DNA of 64,000 nt from an uncultured Clostridia bacterium (GCA_949948835.1 CATLHF010000007.1:15354-79353), one strand, 5' to 3'. Shown: positions 29,573-39,878, counted from the first letter of the stretch. The notes: generated by a model not told the origin, from the sequence alone. Numbers and translations are program-made.

Positions 29573-30676
29573 ATGGATTTTAAAATTTTACCTATAAAGG
29601 GAAGAATCACAAAAACACAAGAAATGATTGAGAAAAGTGGTAGTACAAAGCAGATATTTCAAAATTTAACAAAAGGAGAGATAGAAAAAAAGGAAGAAGC
29701 GTTACAACATTACTATGTACCATATGCAGTAGAAGCGTTACAAGATGGATTTGAGATTACAATTTTTCCAGAAAATTTACAAGGAAGAAATCAACTTGCT
29801 ATAAAATATGAAATACATAATCAAAAACAAACGATTATATTAGCATCTACAAGCGAAAAGAATATACAAGCCAATGAGATTAAAAAATCATTGAGTCAGT
29901 ATTTTGGAGAAACAGTGCAAGAATTTGCGAGTTTACAAGAGCTAGAACCAGAGTTTTGCATTGTGGATTTAGTAAGACAAGGTTGGGAAATGACAAAAGA
30001 AGGATTGGATTTGTTTTGTACAGTAAGAAATGATAAAGAAGTTGAAATCAAACGAACACAATTTACCAATAGTGAGTTCGTGAATATAACACAAGAAGAA
30101 ATACAAGAAAATCAAAAACGACATAATGTATGTGTAGAACAGCAAATGATAGCAGAAATTCCAGAGTACATTGTACAGAGCTATAAACGAATTACTTCAG
30201 AAGACATCAAAGAAATGGCTAATACTACTCCTGTTCGAAAAATTTTAAAACAATATCAAATGGTTTTTGAATATGTAAATAATCAAGAACAAAATGAGTT
30301 GGGACAGATATTTCGAAGTATGAAACCAATATTGGATGGGGTTGAAAATAAGCAGACAACATCAGATAACATAAAGGTTCCAGAAACAGAAATGGGACAA
30401 GATATGGGAGCAATCAGTCGTTGTATAAATCAAATACCATTAAAGTATGGAAATAATGAAAAACATCAACAGATTTTACGATATGTTATTATTCGAGAGG
30501 CGGTTATAAAAGCGAAACAAAAAGGGGCAAAAGGAAAAGAAGAAGAGGAAGCACTAGAAACATACATTAAAAGGCTTGATAAACAAGAAGAAGAAAAGAA
30601 AGAGAAAAAAAGAAATAATATGCTAAGAAGTACAAGGACGTTAAGAGACAGACTTAGTAGAGGATTAGATAGGTAA
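29573..30676 (+). CDS. Hypothetical protein with a Lys/Glu-rich C-terminus
   Basis: 367-aa ORF with RBS; no motif recognised. Confidence 0.5.
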   Translation: MDFKILPIKGRITKTQEMIEKSGSTKQIFQNLTKGEIEKKEEALQHYYVPYAVEALQDGFEITIFPENLQGRNQLAIKYEIHNQKQTIILASTSEKNIQANEIKKSLSQYFGETVQEFASLQELEPEFCIVDLVRQGWEMTKEGLDLFCTVRNDKEVEIKRTQFTNSEFVNITQEEIQENQKRHNVCVEQQMIAEIPEYIVQSYKRITSEDIKEMANTTPVRKILKQYQMVFEYVNNQEQNELGQIFRSMKPILDGVENKQTTSDNIKVPETEMGQDMGAISRCINQIPLKYGNNEKHQQILRYVIIREAVIKAKQKGAKGKEEEEALETYIKRLDKQEEEKKEKKRNNMLRSTRTLRDRLSRGLDR

Positions 30677-30679
30677 AGT

Positions 30680-30713
30680 ATAACAGAAGTCAGTATTGAC
30701 TTCTGTTATTTCT
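30680..30713 (+). terminator. Rho-independent terminator
   Basis: ATAACAGAAGTCA / TGACTTCTGTTAT, 13-bp stem. Confidence 0.65.
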
Positions 30714-30724
30714 TGTAGTATAAT
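30696..30724 (+). promoter_or_regulatory. SigA-type promoter upstream of the rnj leader
   Basis: TTGACT (30696-30701), 17 nt, TATAAT (30719-30724). Confidence 0.6.
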
Positions 30725-30730
30725 ATAAAA

Positions 30731-30954
30731 TAGTTATTACCAAACATTGGTAAAGAAGAGATTTAAATTTTATGTATGAAAAGAGATAAAAATCGTATAT
30801 TAAGAGTATAACGGAAGATTCGTAAAAAGAGAAAAATAATTATGGAGTCATAAAGGATATCGTAGGTTCGGGTAAAAATGCAATATTCTTTTATGATATA
30901 TTGTTATAAAGTTCTTAGAATCAATCAGTTTATTGCAACTGATTTTTCTTTTTT
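30731..30954 (+). promoter_or_regulatory. About 220-nt untranslated leader or small RNA ending in an intrinsic terminator, upstream of rnj
   Basis: No credible ORF; AATCAGTT (30923-30930) / AACTGATT (30937-30944) hairpin followed by TTTCTTTTTT; no convincing promoter between it and the rnj start. Confidence 0.4.
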
Positions 30955-31001
30955 GTATAAAAATATAAATTGAAATTAAGTTTTAAATTAGGGAGAGAAA
31001 A

Positions 31002-32924
31002 ATGATAGAGAATGGTAAAACAGAAGAAATTAGTAAGGTGACTGGAAGTAATACCAAACGACCTACTACCAAGAAAGCAGAAAAAAGGAGTTATGTTCCA
31101 AAAAATAATCAAAAGAAAAAGATAGAAGATGACAATAAATTGGAAAGCAAACAAGAAGAGAAAAAAGTAAGTACACAAACAAGAAGAAAAAGGAACAATA
31201 GAGAAGTAACAAATACAAAAGTGGTAAAAGAGAATAAGCAACAAGAGGAAAAAGAATTTCATTTCAAAAAAAGTCCATTAAAGATTATTCCACTTGGAGG
31301 ATTATTAGAAATTGGAAAAAATATTACTGTGTTTGAATATGAAAACGAAATGATTGTTGTTGATTGTGGGTTAGCATTTCCAGAAGATGATATGTTAGGT
31401 GTTGATCTAGTAATACCAGATATTACTTATCTAGAAAGAAATAAAGAAAAAATTAAAGGGTTAGTAATTACCCATGGCCATGAAGACCATATTGGTTCTA
31501 TTCCATATTTATTAAAACAAATTAATATTCCTATTTATGCAACAAGATTAACGGTAGGACTTATTAAAAATAAATTAGAAGAACATGGATTAGTAAGAAG
31601 TACAAAATTAAATATAGTAGAACAAGGGCAAACCATTGATTTTGGAAAAATAAAAGTAGAATTTATTAGAAGTTGCCACAGTATACCCGATGCTGTAGCC
31701 CTTGGAATTCATACTCCAGTTGGAACAGTGATTCATACAGGAGATTTTAAGATTGATTATACTCCAATCGATGATGAGCGAATGGATTTTGGAAGACTTG
31801 CTGAACTTGGAAACCAAGGAGTATTAGCTCTTATGTCTGATAGTACTAACTCCGAAAGAAAAGGTTACACAATGTCCGAAAGTACTGTGGGAGATGTATT
31901 TGAAAAGCTATTTTTAAATTGCAAGAAACGTATTGTTGTTGCAACATTTGCATCGAATGTACATCGTGTGCAACAAATTGTAAATTCGGCTGTGAAATAT
32001 GGTAGAAAAATTGCAGTATGTGGTAGAAGTATGATTAATATGATTACAACAGCAATTGAACTTGGCTATATTAGGGTACCAGATAATGTATTTATTGATA
32101 TCGATATGATTCGAAATTATACAGATGAACAATTGGTTATTATTACAACAGGTTCGCAAGGAGAAACGATGTCTGCGTTAACCAGAATGGCAACAGGAGA
32201 ACACAAAAAAGTAACCATTACATCAAATGATTTAGTTATTATATCAGCAAGTCCAATTCCAGGAAATGAAAAATTCGTATCCAAAGTTATTGATGATTTA
32301 ATGAAAATTGGTGCAGAAGTAGTATATAGTGCATTAGAAGATGTACACGTTTCAGGTCATGCATGCCAAGAAGAACAAAAATTAATGCTTGCACTTACAA
32401 AACCAAAATATTTTATTCCTGTTCATGGGGAATATAGGCAACTAATTGCACATATTGAAACAGCAAAGAAAATGGGAGTAGACTCAGAAAATACATTTAT
32501 TTTAACAAATGGAAGAATTTTAGAAATGAATGAAAATGAAGCTAAATTGACAGGCTCTGTACCATCTGGAAGAATTTTAGTTGATGGATTAGGGGTTGGA
32601 GATGTTGGAAACATTGTACTACGTGATAGACAACATTTATCACAAGATGGATTAATTGTGATTGTATTAACAATGGATTCTGCAACAGGTGAAGTTGTAG
32701 CAGGACCAGATGTTATTTCAAGAGGATTTGTTTATGTAAGAGAATCGGAAAACCTAATGGATGGAGTAAAAAATGTGATTCGTGACGAGATTGCAAGATG
32801 TGAAGAAAAACAAATTAAAGAATGGTCAGCCATGAAATCAAACTTAAAAGATACGTTAAGAGATTATATTTACCAAAAAACAAAACGAAATCCAATGATA
32901 TTACCAATTTTTATGGAAGTATAA
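31002..32924 (+). CDS. rnj: Ribonuclease J with an ~85-aa Lys/Glu-rich N-terminal extension
   Basis: MBL motif ITHGHEDHIG, beta-CASP region, C-terminal domain; the conserved body starts near KIIPLGGLLEIGKN. Confidence 0.85.
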   Translation: MIENGKTEEISKVTGSNTKRPTTKKAEKRSYVPKNNQKKKIEDDNKLESKQEEKKVSTQTRRKRNNREVTNTKVVKENKQQEEKEFHFKKSPLKIIPLGGLLEIGKNITVFEYENEMIVVDCGLAFPEDDMLGVDLVIPDITYLERNKEKIKGLVITHGHEDHIGSIPYLLKQINIPIYATRLTVGLIKNKLEEHGLVRSTKLNIVEQGQTIDFGKIKVEFIRSCHSIPDAVALGIHTPVGTVIHTGDFKIDYTPIDDERMDFGRLAELGNQGVLALMSDSTNSERKGYTMSESTVGDVFEKLFLNCKKRIVVATFASNVHRVQQIVNSAVKYGRKIAVCGRSMINMITTAIELGYIRVPDNVFIDIDMIRNYTDEQLVIITTGSQGETMSALTRMATGEHKKVTITSNDLVIISASPIPGNEKFVSKVIDDLMKIGAEVVYSALEDVHVSGHACQEEQKLMLALTKPKYFIPVHGEYRQLIAHIETAKKMGVDSENTFILTNGRILEMNENEAKLTGSVPSGRILVDGLGVGDVGNIVLRDRQHLSQDGLIVIVLTMDSATGEVVAGPDVISRGFVYVRESENLMDGVKNVIRDEIARCEEKQIKEWSAMKSNLKDTLRDYIYQKTKRNPMILPIFMEV

Positions 32925-32967
32925 ATCTTGCTATGGTTGGCGGACAACACAAAAATCAGTCAAATAG

Positions 32968-33012
32968 GGGAAAGAATTAATACTGTGGTATTACTCTTTC
33001 CTCATATTTTTT
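32968..33012 (+). terminator. Probable terminator after rnj
   Basis: Imperfect hairpin GGAAAGAATTAATAC / GTATTACTCTTTCC plus T-run. Confidence 0.45.
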
Positions 33013-33021
33013 ATAATCAAG

Positions 33022-33050
33022 TTGCAATTAGAAGGGAATTTTGCTATAAT
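33022..33050 (+). promoter_or_regulatory. Promoter of gltX (extended -10)
   Basis: TTGCAA, 17 nt, TGCTATAAT; the leader is only ~35 nt, so no T-box. Confidence 0.6.
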
Positions 33051-33084
33051 ACATAGTATTAAGAAAGAGAAAGAAGGAAAAAAG

Positions 33085-34737
33085 ATGGATTATAAAGATT
33101 TAGCAAATGTGATATTTCCAGATGTAAAAGATATTTCTTATTATGAAGAAAAATATCCTAGAAGAAATTTAGAAGAAGGTGCCATTGTTACAAGATTTGC
33201 ACCAAGTCCAACAGGATTTGTACATATTGGTGGATTATATCAATCTGTTATTGCTAAAAAGATGGCAAATCAAACAGGAGGGATATTCTTTTTAAGAATT
33301 GAAGATACAGACCAAAAACGTGAAGTGGAAAATGGGGTTAGTGGAATTATTGAAGCTTTAAAAGAATTTGGTATGTCACCAGATGAAGGAATGATAGATG
33401 AAGTAAATGAAAAAGGAAACTATGGTCCATATAAACAATCTTTAAGGAAAGAAATTTATCAAGCTTACGCAAAATATTTAATCGAAAAAGGATGCGCCTA
33501 TCCATGTTTTTGTAAATCAGAAGAACTAGACGAAATGAGACAAAAACAAGAAGCTGCCAAAGAAAGAACTGGATATTATGGCGTATGGAGTAAATGTAGA
33601 CATATTCCTGTAAATGAGCAAATAGAAAAAATTAAAAACGGAGAAAAATATATTTTACGTTTTAAATCACAAGGAAATCCAGAAAAGAAAATCAAACACC
33701 ATGATGTGATAAAAGGAAATGTTGATTTTCCGGAAAATGATCAAGACATTGTTATTATTAAATCCGATGGACTTCCAACATATCATTTTGCACATGCAGT
33801 AGATGATCACTTAATGGGAACAACTCACGTTATTCGTGGAGATGAATGGCTATCTTCTGTTCCGTTACACTTACAATTATTCCAAACATTAGGATTTAAA
33901 GCACCAAAATATGCTCATATTGCACCAATTATGAAAGAAGATAATGGAGCAAAGAGAAAATTAAGTAAAAGAAAAGACCCAGAAGCAGCAGTAAGTTATT
34001 ATGCAGAAGTGGGAATTCCAGAACTTGCAGTAGATGAATATTTATTAAATATTGCAAATTCGAACTTTGAACAATGGAGAAAACAAAATCCAGATGCCGA
34101 TATGGAAGAATTTGAATTACAATTAAATAAAATGAGTGTTAGTGGAGCCTTATTTGATATGGTAAAACTACTAGATATTTCGAAAAGAGTCATTTCAAAA
34201 TATACAGCTACTGAAGTATATGATAAAGCAACCAGCTGGGCATCAAAGTACGATGAAAATCTAAAAGAATTATTAGAAAAAGATAAAGAATATACATTAC
34301 AAGTACTAGGAATTGAAAGAGGAAATCAAAAACCAAGAAAAGATATTGCAAAATGGGCAGATTTAAAAGAAAACATTATCTATTTATATGATGAGGAATT
34401 TTTTGCAAATCCTGTTTCTTATGAATTCCAAAAAATCAATGATAAAGCAGAAATTGCAAAGATAATTGAAACATATATAACAAAACACTTTAATGTAGAA
34501 GATGATAAAGAAACATGGTTTAACAAAATGAAAGATTTGGCAGAAGAATTTGGATATGCAAGAGAGACAAAAGAATTTAAACAAAATCCAGAAAACTATA
34601 AGGGACATGTAGGAGACATTAGTACTGTAATTAGAATTTGCTTAACAGGAAGAGCAAATACACCAGATATGTATGAAATTATGAAAGTACTTGGGAAAGA
34701 ATCTGTTATCAAACGTTTAAGATATGCAATCAAATAA
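33085..34737 (+). CDS. gltX: Glutamate--tRNA ligase
   Basis: HIGH motif (PSPTGFVHIGG), KLSKRK (KMSKS), PTYHFAHAVDDHLMGTTHVIRGDEW; ATG at 33085 after a GAAGGAAA RBS. Confidence 0.85.
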   Translation: MDYKDLANVIFPDVKDISYYEEKYPRRNLEEGAIVTRFAPSPTGFVHIGGLYQSVIAKKMANQTGGIFFLRIEDTDQKREVENGVSGIIEALKEFGMSPDEGMIDEVNEKGNYGPYKQSLRKEIYQAYAKYLIEKGCAYPCFCKSEELDEMRQKQEAAKERTGYYGVWSKCRHIPVNEQIEKIKNGEKYILRFKSQGNPEKKIKHHDVIKGNVDFPENDQDIVIIKSDGLPTYHFAHAVDDHLMGTTHVIRGDEWLSSVPLHLQLFQTLGFKAPKYAHIAPIMKEDNGAKRKLSKRKDPEAAVSYYAEVGIPELAVDEYLLNIANSNFEQWRKQNPDADMEEFELQLNKMSVSGALFDMVKLLDISKRVISKYTATEVYDKATSWASKYDENLKELLEKDKEYTLQVLGIERGNQKPRKDIAKWADLKENIIYLYDEEFFANPVSYEFQKINDKAEIAKIIETYITKHFNVEDDKETWFNKMKDLAEEFGYARETKEFKQNPENYKGHVGDISTVIRICLTGRANTPDMYEIMKVLGKESVIKRLRYAIK

Positions 34738-34750
34738 AGTAGGTGATAAA

Positions 34751-34939
34751 ATGGAATACCAAATAGGAGATATTGTAAGAACAAAAAAAGTTCACCCATG
34801 TGGTAGCAAACTGTGGGAAATCACGAGAGTTGGCGTTGATTTTAAATTAAAATGCCGAGGTTGTGGACATGAGATTTTACTAGAAAGACCCAAAGCACTA
34901 AAAATAATTACAAAGATTGAAAATAGAAAAGAAACATAA
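34751..34939 (+). CDS. DUF951-family small protein
   Basis: MEYQIGDIVRTKKVHPCGSKLWEITRVGVDFKLKCRGCGH: the four-Cys pattern of DUF951. Confidence 0.6.
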   Translation: MEYQIGDIVRTKKVHPCGSKLWEITRVGVDFKLKCRGCGHEILLERPKALKIITKIENRKET

Positions 34940-34983
34940 AAGAAGAGCAGGTGAATATTAAACATTCACTTGCTCTTCTTTTA
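34939..34983. terminator. Bidirectional terminator overlapping the antiporter stop
   Basis: AAGAAGAGCAGGTGAAT / ATTCACTTGCTCTTCTT long hairpin. Confidence 0.6.
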
Positions 34984-36134
34984 TGTTTGATTCTTTTGTT
35001 TTAAAACTTAAATGAAGTAAAACTGGTGTAATAAAAGTAACTAAAAATACAGTAATGACAATAATTGAAAAGATTTCTTCATTAATAAGGCCAACCTTTT
35101 TTGCTTCATCAACCATAATAAATGCCATTTCTCCACGAGTTGCCATTCCAATTCCTATTTGTAAACATTCTTTGTCTTTATAACCACATAATTTTGCTCC
35201 AAGTCCATTACCGATAATTTTACTAATAATGGTAATTGCGGTAAATAAAATAATAAATTGCCAAATATAACTTGGGAAAGATAAAGTAGTAAGTTTTAGA
35301 CCAATACTTGCAAAAAACATAGGAGAAAATAACATATAAACTAATACATCAATTTTATTTTTAATAAATTTTCCTTGTTTTGTATTACCAACCACAAGAC
35401 CTGCAATGTAGGCTCCAATAATGCCACTAACACCAAACATTTGAGCAAGATAAGAAAGCAAAAGAGCAAAAGCAAGTGAAAAAATTGGTAATTCTTCTTT
35501 TCGAGGAAGCTTGGCTTCTAACCATTCTAATAATCGGAACATGATAAATCCGAATGCCAATAGCAAGTGCAAAGAAAATTAGTACTTTAACAAGTAAGAC
35601 AACAATGGTAGCAAAAGAAAAATCGCCATTACTTAAAATAAAGGTTAAAAACATAACACCAATAATATCATCGACAACGCCAGCTCCCAAAATAGCAGTA
35701 CCAACATTAGTTTTTAGTTTTTTCATTTCCATTAAAGATTCTACCGTAATGCTAACAGATGTTGCAGTAATAACAGCACCAAAAAATAGATTTAAGGAAT
35801 TATCTAGTGCATAACATTTACTAAATAAAAATCCTAATAGTAGAGGAATGATAACACCAAGACTTGCAATTATAACGAACTTCTTTGTGCCAGACATAAA
35901 TTTTTTTAAACTTGTCTCCATTCCTGCTAAAAACATAATAAAAATAATTCCTAAATTTGCTAAAAATTCTAAAATAGTATTGGACTGAATGATATTAAAA
36001 ACAGCAGGTCCTAATACAACGCCTGCAATTAAGCCACCAAGCATTTTAGGCATGTGAATTTTACCAGTTATCATGCTAAAAAGCTTAACAAATAAAATGA
36101 TTAATCCAATATCCAATAAAAATTTGTAATTCAT
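34958..36134 (-). CDS. Cation:proton antiporter (CPA2, NapA/KefB-like), frame restored at one in-frame CGG
   Basis: MNYKFLLDIGLIILFVKLF...GGLIAGVVLGP. The N-terminal frame breaks after ...ALAIGI; skipping the C at 35552 gives ALAIGIGFIMFRLLEWLEAKLP... continuous with 34958-35572 (391 aa). Confidence 0.75.
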
Positions 36135-36254
36135 ATGTTCTCCTTTGTATCGTATAATTTTTATTATTATACCACAAAAAAGAATAAAAAGTATTGAATA
36201 AACATTTTTTTTAAGTATATAATCTAGATAATAATAATAAGGAGAGTGAAAAAA

Positions 36255-37331
36255 ATGGATCAAAAAGTAAGAGTTGTTCAATATGGAACAGGAAAAATGG
36301 CGGTATATACCATGCGATATGTTTATGAAAAAGGTGGAGACGTTGTTGGGGCAATTGATGTAAATCCAGAAGTGATTGGAAAAGACATTGGAGAAGTTAT
36401 GGGGGAAGAGGCAAAAGGAGTAAAAGTAACAGCTTTAGAAAATGCAGAAGAAATGTTAAAACAGACAAAACCAGATATTTGTGTAGTAGAAACAAGAAGT
36501 TTATTTTCTGAAGTTTATGATGCACTGTTATTATGTGCTAAACTAGGAATTAATGCAATTACTACTTGCGAAGAAGCATTCTTCCCTGAAAATTCAAATC
36601 CTATATTAACAAAAGAAATTGATGAACTAGCAAAGAAAAATAATTGTACCATTACAGGAAGTGGATACCAAGATATTTATTGGGGACAATTAGTAAGCTC
36701 TATTGCAGGTTCAACCCAAAGGATTCAAAAAATAAAAGGAAGTTCAAGCTACAATGTAGAAGATTATGGAGTGGCTCTTGCCCAAGCACATGGAGCAGGA
36801 TTATCGTTAGAAGAATTTGAAAATAAAATAGCATCTGCAGATAATATTTCCGAACAAGAACGACAAAATTTAATTAATAAGGGAGAATTTCTACCATCCT
36901 ATATGTGGAATGTAAATGGATGGCTTTGCGAAAAATTAGGATTAACAGTAGAATCTCAAACACAAAAATGCATCCCACAAACCCATACAGAAGATATATT
37001 TTCTTCTACGTTAAATATGACCATAAAAGCAGGAAATGCGACAGGAATGAGTGCAGTTGTAACAACAAAAACAAAAGAAGGAATCACACTAGAAACAGAG
37101 TGTATTGGAAAAGTGTATGCAAGTAACGATTACGACAAAAATGAATGGACCATAGAAGGAGAGCCTAATACTACAATCACTGTTGCAAAACCACAAACCG
37201 TAGAATTAACTTGTGCAACCATTGTAAACCGTATACCAGATGTTATAAATGCAACTCCAGGATATATTCCAACAGAACAAATTGGAGAATTAAATTATAA
37301 AGTAAAATCATTAAATGAATATATAAAATAG
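36255..37331 (+). CDS. NAD(P)-binding DapB-N-like oxidoreductase (amine dehydrogenase / 2,4-diaminopentanoate dehydrogenase-like family)
   Basis: N-terminal Rossmann VRVVQYGTGKMA; family assignment from general resemblance only. Confidence 0.45.
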   Translation: MDQKVRVVQYGTGKMAVYTMRYVYEKGGDVVGAIDVNPEVIGKDIGEVMGEEAKGVKVTALENAEEMLKQTKPDICVVETRSLFSEVYDALLLCAKLGINAITTCEEAFFPENSNPILTKEIDELAKKNNCTITGSGYQDIYWGQLVSSIAGSTQRIQKIKGSSSYNVEDYGVALAQAHGAGLSLEEFENKIASADNISEQERQNLINKGEFLPSYMWNVNGWLCEKLGLTVESQTQKCIPQTHTEDIFSSTLNMTIKAGNATGMSAVVTTKTKEGITLETECIGKVYASNDYDKNEWTIEGEPNTTITVAKPQTVELTCATIVNRIPDVINATPGYIPTEQIGELNYKVKSLNEYIK

Positions 37332-37404
37332 ATGATTCTAGGGACGGGGGTAAAAATCATTTTTTCCTTAAAAGATGATTTTTACCCCCGTCCCTAGAAT
37401 CATC
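37331..37404. repeat. Palindromic repeat element, copy 1 (30-bp perfect arms)
   Basis: GATGATTCTAGGGACGGGGGTAAAAATCAT (37331-37360) and its exact reverse complement (37375-37404), 14-nt loop; near-identical copy at 53145-53220. Confidence 0.9.
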
Positions 37405-37466
37405 TATTGCAATTTTAGAAATCCCGTAGTACAATAACATAAAAACAAAAGAAATGGAAAAAGAAT

Positions 37467-38117
37467 ATGAAACAAAGTTTAAAAAGAAGAATAGTGCTAA
37501 CAATCAAAAAGAATTTACCATGGGTTATTTTACTAATTTGCATGGTCGCTTTTTTTGCAATTATAGAAGATGTATTAGATAATGAAATATGGATGTTTGA
37601 TGATATCGTATATAAAACAGTTTCTGGTATGATTTCTAATCCAGTTACTTCTATTTTTAAGATAATTACTAATTTAGGAGGAGCAATTGGGATTGTTACT
37701 ACTACTATTCTTATTTTGATTTTTATGAAACATAAAAAATACAAATTTTATATTGTTTTTAATCTAATCATGGTAACCGTTTTAAATCAAATGATAAAAT
37801 ATATTGTTCAAAGGCCAAGACCGATTGAACATAGGATTATTGACCAGTTTGGCTATAGCTTTCCTTCTGGACATTCTATGGTAAGTATGGCTTTTTATGG
37901 ATTTTTGGTTTATTTCATTTATAGAAATGTAAAAAACAAGTCATTAAAATGGGGACTCTGTACTGTTTTATCATTTCTTATTTTATTAATAGGAATTAGC
38001 CGTATTTATTTAGGAGTCCATTATGCAAGTGATGTAATTGGTGGATTTTGCTTATCAATCTCATACTTAATTGTATATACAAAAATGATTGGAAAAAATA
38101 TCAAAAAAGTGATATAA
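37467..38117 (+). CDS. PAP2-family phosphatase (BcrC/undecaprenyl-diphosphatase-like)
   Basis: Motifs KYIVQRPRP, PSGHS, SRIYLGVHYASDV. Confidence 0.75.
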   Translation: MKQSLKRRIVLTIKKNLPWVILLICMVAFFAIIEDVLDNEIWMFDDIVYKTVSGMISNPVTSIFKIITNLGGAIGIVTTTILILIFMKHKKYKFYIVFNLIMVTVLNQMIKYIVQRPRPIEHRIIDQFGYSFPSGHSMVSMAFYGFLVYFIYRNVKNKSLKWGLCTVLSFLILLIGISRIYLGVHYASDVIGGFCLSISYLIVYTKMIGKNIKKVI

Positions 38118-38175
38118 AGTAATAAAACTGTGTTATACTATCATTATATTTAAAGACATAAGAAGGAGTGATTTT

Positions 38176-39135
38176 ATGGTAGAAAGAAGAAAAATTGTAT
38201 TAGTTGGAACAGGTTTTGTAGGAATGAGCATGGCGTATTCCTTATTAAATCAGGGTGGAGTTAATGAACTTGTTCTAATTGATGTGGTAAAAGAAAAAGC
38301 AGAAGGAGAGGCAATGGATTTATCTCATGGTATGCCTTTTGCACCAACAAAAATGGATATAAAAGCAGGGGATTATTCAGAATGTAAAGACGCCAATATT
38401 GTTGTGATTACTGCTGGATTAAATCAAAAACCAGGACAAACAAGATTAGAACTTGCAAAAGCAAATGCAAAAATCATGAAAGATATTACTAAACAAGTTG
38501 TAGCAAGTGGATTTAAAGGAATTTTTGTAGTAGCAAGTAATCCAGTCGACTTAATGAGTTATGTTGTATATAAAACATCAGGATTTCCAAAAGAGAAAAT
38601 AATTGGTTCTGGTACAATTTTAGATACGGCAAGACTTCGTTTTTTGATTGGAGAATATTTAGAAGTAGCAAGTAAAAATGTGCATGCTTACATTATGGGA
38701 GAACATGGAGATTCTTCTTTTGTTCCATGGGGACACTGTTATGTAGGATGTAAAAAGCTAATTGATGTTATGAATGAAAATGGAAAAGACTTGACCGATT
38801 TAGATAAAATTTATACAGGAGTACAACAAGCAGCCTATGAAATTATCGAAAAGAAACGAGCTACCTATTATGGAATTGGAATTGCATTAACAAGGCTTGT
38901 AAAAGCGATTTTAGGAGACCAAAATGCTATTATGCCAATATCTATGTATCAAAATGGAGAATATGGACATGAAGGAATGTTTATAGGTGTTCCAGCAATT
39001 ATTAACCGTAAAGGGATAAAAGAAATGATTGAATTAAAATTAGAACCACAAGACCAGGAAAAATTTGATCATAGTTGTGAGGTATTAACAAAAATGCTTC
39101 ATGAAGAAATCGATCCAATTTTAGAAGAAGAATAG
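38176..39135 (+). CDS. ldh: L-lactate dehydrogenase
   Basis: VLVGTGFVGMS, ITAGLNQKPGQTRLEL, GEHGDS. Confidence 0.9.
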   Translation: MVERRKIVLVGTGFVGMSMAYSLLNQGGVNELVLIDVVKEKAEGEAMDLSHGMPFAPTKMDIKAGDYSECKDANIVVITAGLNQKPGQTRLELAKANAKIMKDITKQVVASGFKGIFVVASNPVDLMSYVVYKTSGFPKEKIIGSGTILDTARLRFLIGEYLEVASKNVHAYIMGEHGDSSFVPWGHCYVGCKKLIDVMNENGKDLTDLDKIYTGVQQAAYEIIEKKRATYYGIGIALTRLVKAILGDQNAIMPISMYQNGEYGHEGMFIGVPAIINRKGIKEMIELKLEPQDQEKFDHSCEVLTKMLHEEIDPILEEE

Positions 39136-39144
39136 AAAGGACGT

Positions 39145-39178
39145 GAGAGGGTTGCATATCATGTGCAACTCTTATTAA
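39145..39178 (+). terminator. Probable terminator after ldh
   Basis: GAGAGGGTTGCA / TGCAACTCTTAT hairpin; weak T-run. Confidence 0.4.
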
Positions 39179-39191
39179 AAAGGTGTGTTAA

Positions 39192-39878
39192 ATGGAAAAA
39201 CCAATAAGAGAAACATTATTTTCATTAGCAGATGAAGAATACCAAAAATTTCATAGTTCATTATGTCCAGGAATAAATAATATTATCGGAATTAGAGTAC
39301 CAGTTCTTAGAGAGTTTGCAAAAGAAATTGTAAAAGGAGATTGGAGAACATACTTAAAAACTGCAAAAAATGAATATTATGAAGAAGTTATGCTACAAGG
39401 AATGGTTATTGGACTCGCTAAAATGGAATTACAAGAAAGATTAGAATATATCAAAGAATTTGTACCCCAAATTGATAATTGGGCAGTATGTGATGTTACC
39501 TGTGCTGGACTTAAATTTACCAAAAAACATATGAGTGAGATGTGGGAGTTGATACAACCATACATAAATTCTAATAAAGAGTTTGAAATTCGTTTTGGAG
39601 TAGTGATGATATTAGATTTTTATATTACAAAGGAATATATAAAAGAGGTATTAACAATATTGAATAACATTCATCACGATGGCTACTATGTAAAAATGGC
39701 GGTTGCATGGGCAATTTCTGTTTGCTATATCAAGTTTCCAAAAGAAACGATGATGTTATTACAAAACAATACATTTGATACATTTACTTATAATAAAGCT
39801 TTACAAAAAATAGTAGAGTCGTATCGTGTAACAAAAGAGGAGAAAGAAATTATACGAAAAATGAAACGAAAAAAATGA
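39192..39878 (+). CDS. DNA alkylation repair protein (AlkD-like HEAT-repeat family)
   Basis: 228 aa; pattern ...IDNWAVCD... and size/helical repeats typical of PF08713. Confidence 0.65.
   Translation: MEKPIRETLFSLADEEYQKFHSSLCPGINNIIGIRVPVLREFAKEIVKGDWRTYLKTAKNEYYEEVMLQGMVIGLAKMELQERLEYIKEFVPQIDNWAVCDVTCAGLKFTKKHMSEMWELIQPYINSNKEFEIRFGVVMILDFYITKEYIKEVLTILNNIHHDGYYVKMAVAWAISVCYIKFPKETMMLLQNNTFDTFTYNKALQKIVESYRVTKEEKEIIRKMKRKK

Noticed and set aside
33022-33084. T-box leaders upstream of gltX and trpS
   Set aside because: The untranslated regions are only ~35-50 nt, and no specifier or T-box (AAGGTGGNACCGCG-like) sequence is present.
36905-37126. 73-aa internal alternative-frame ORF within the oxidoreductase gene
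   Set aside because: It has no RBS, is Arg/Lys/Asn-rich with low complexity, and lies fully inside a well-supported ORF.
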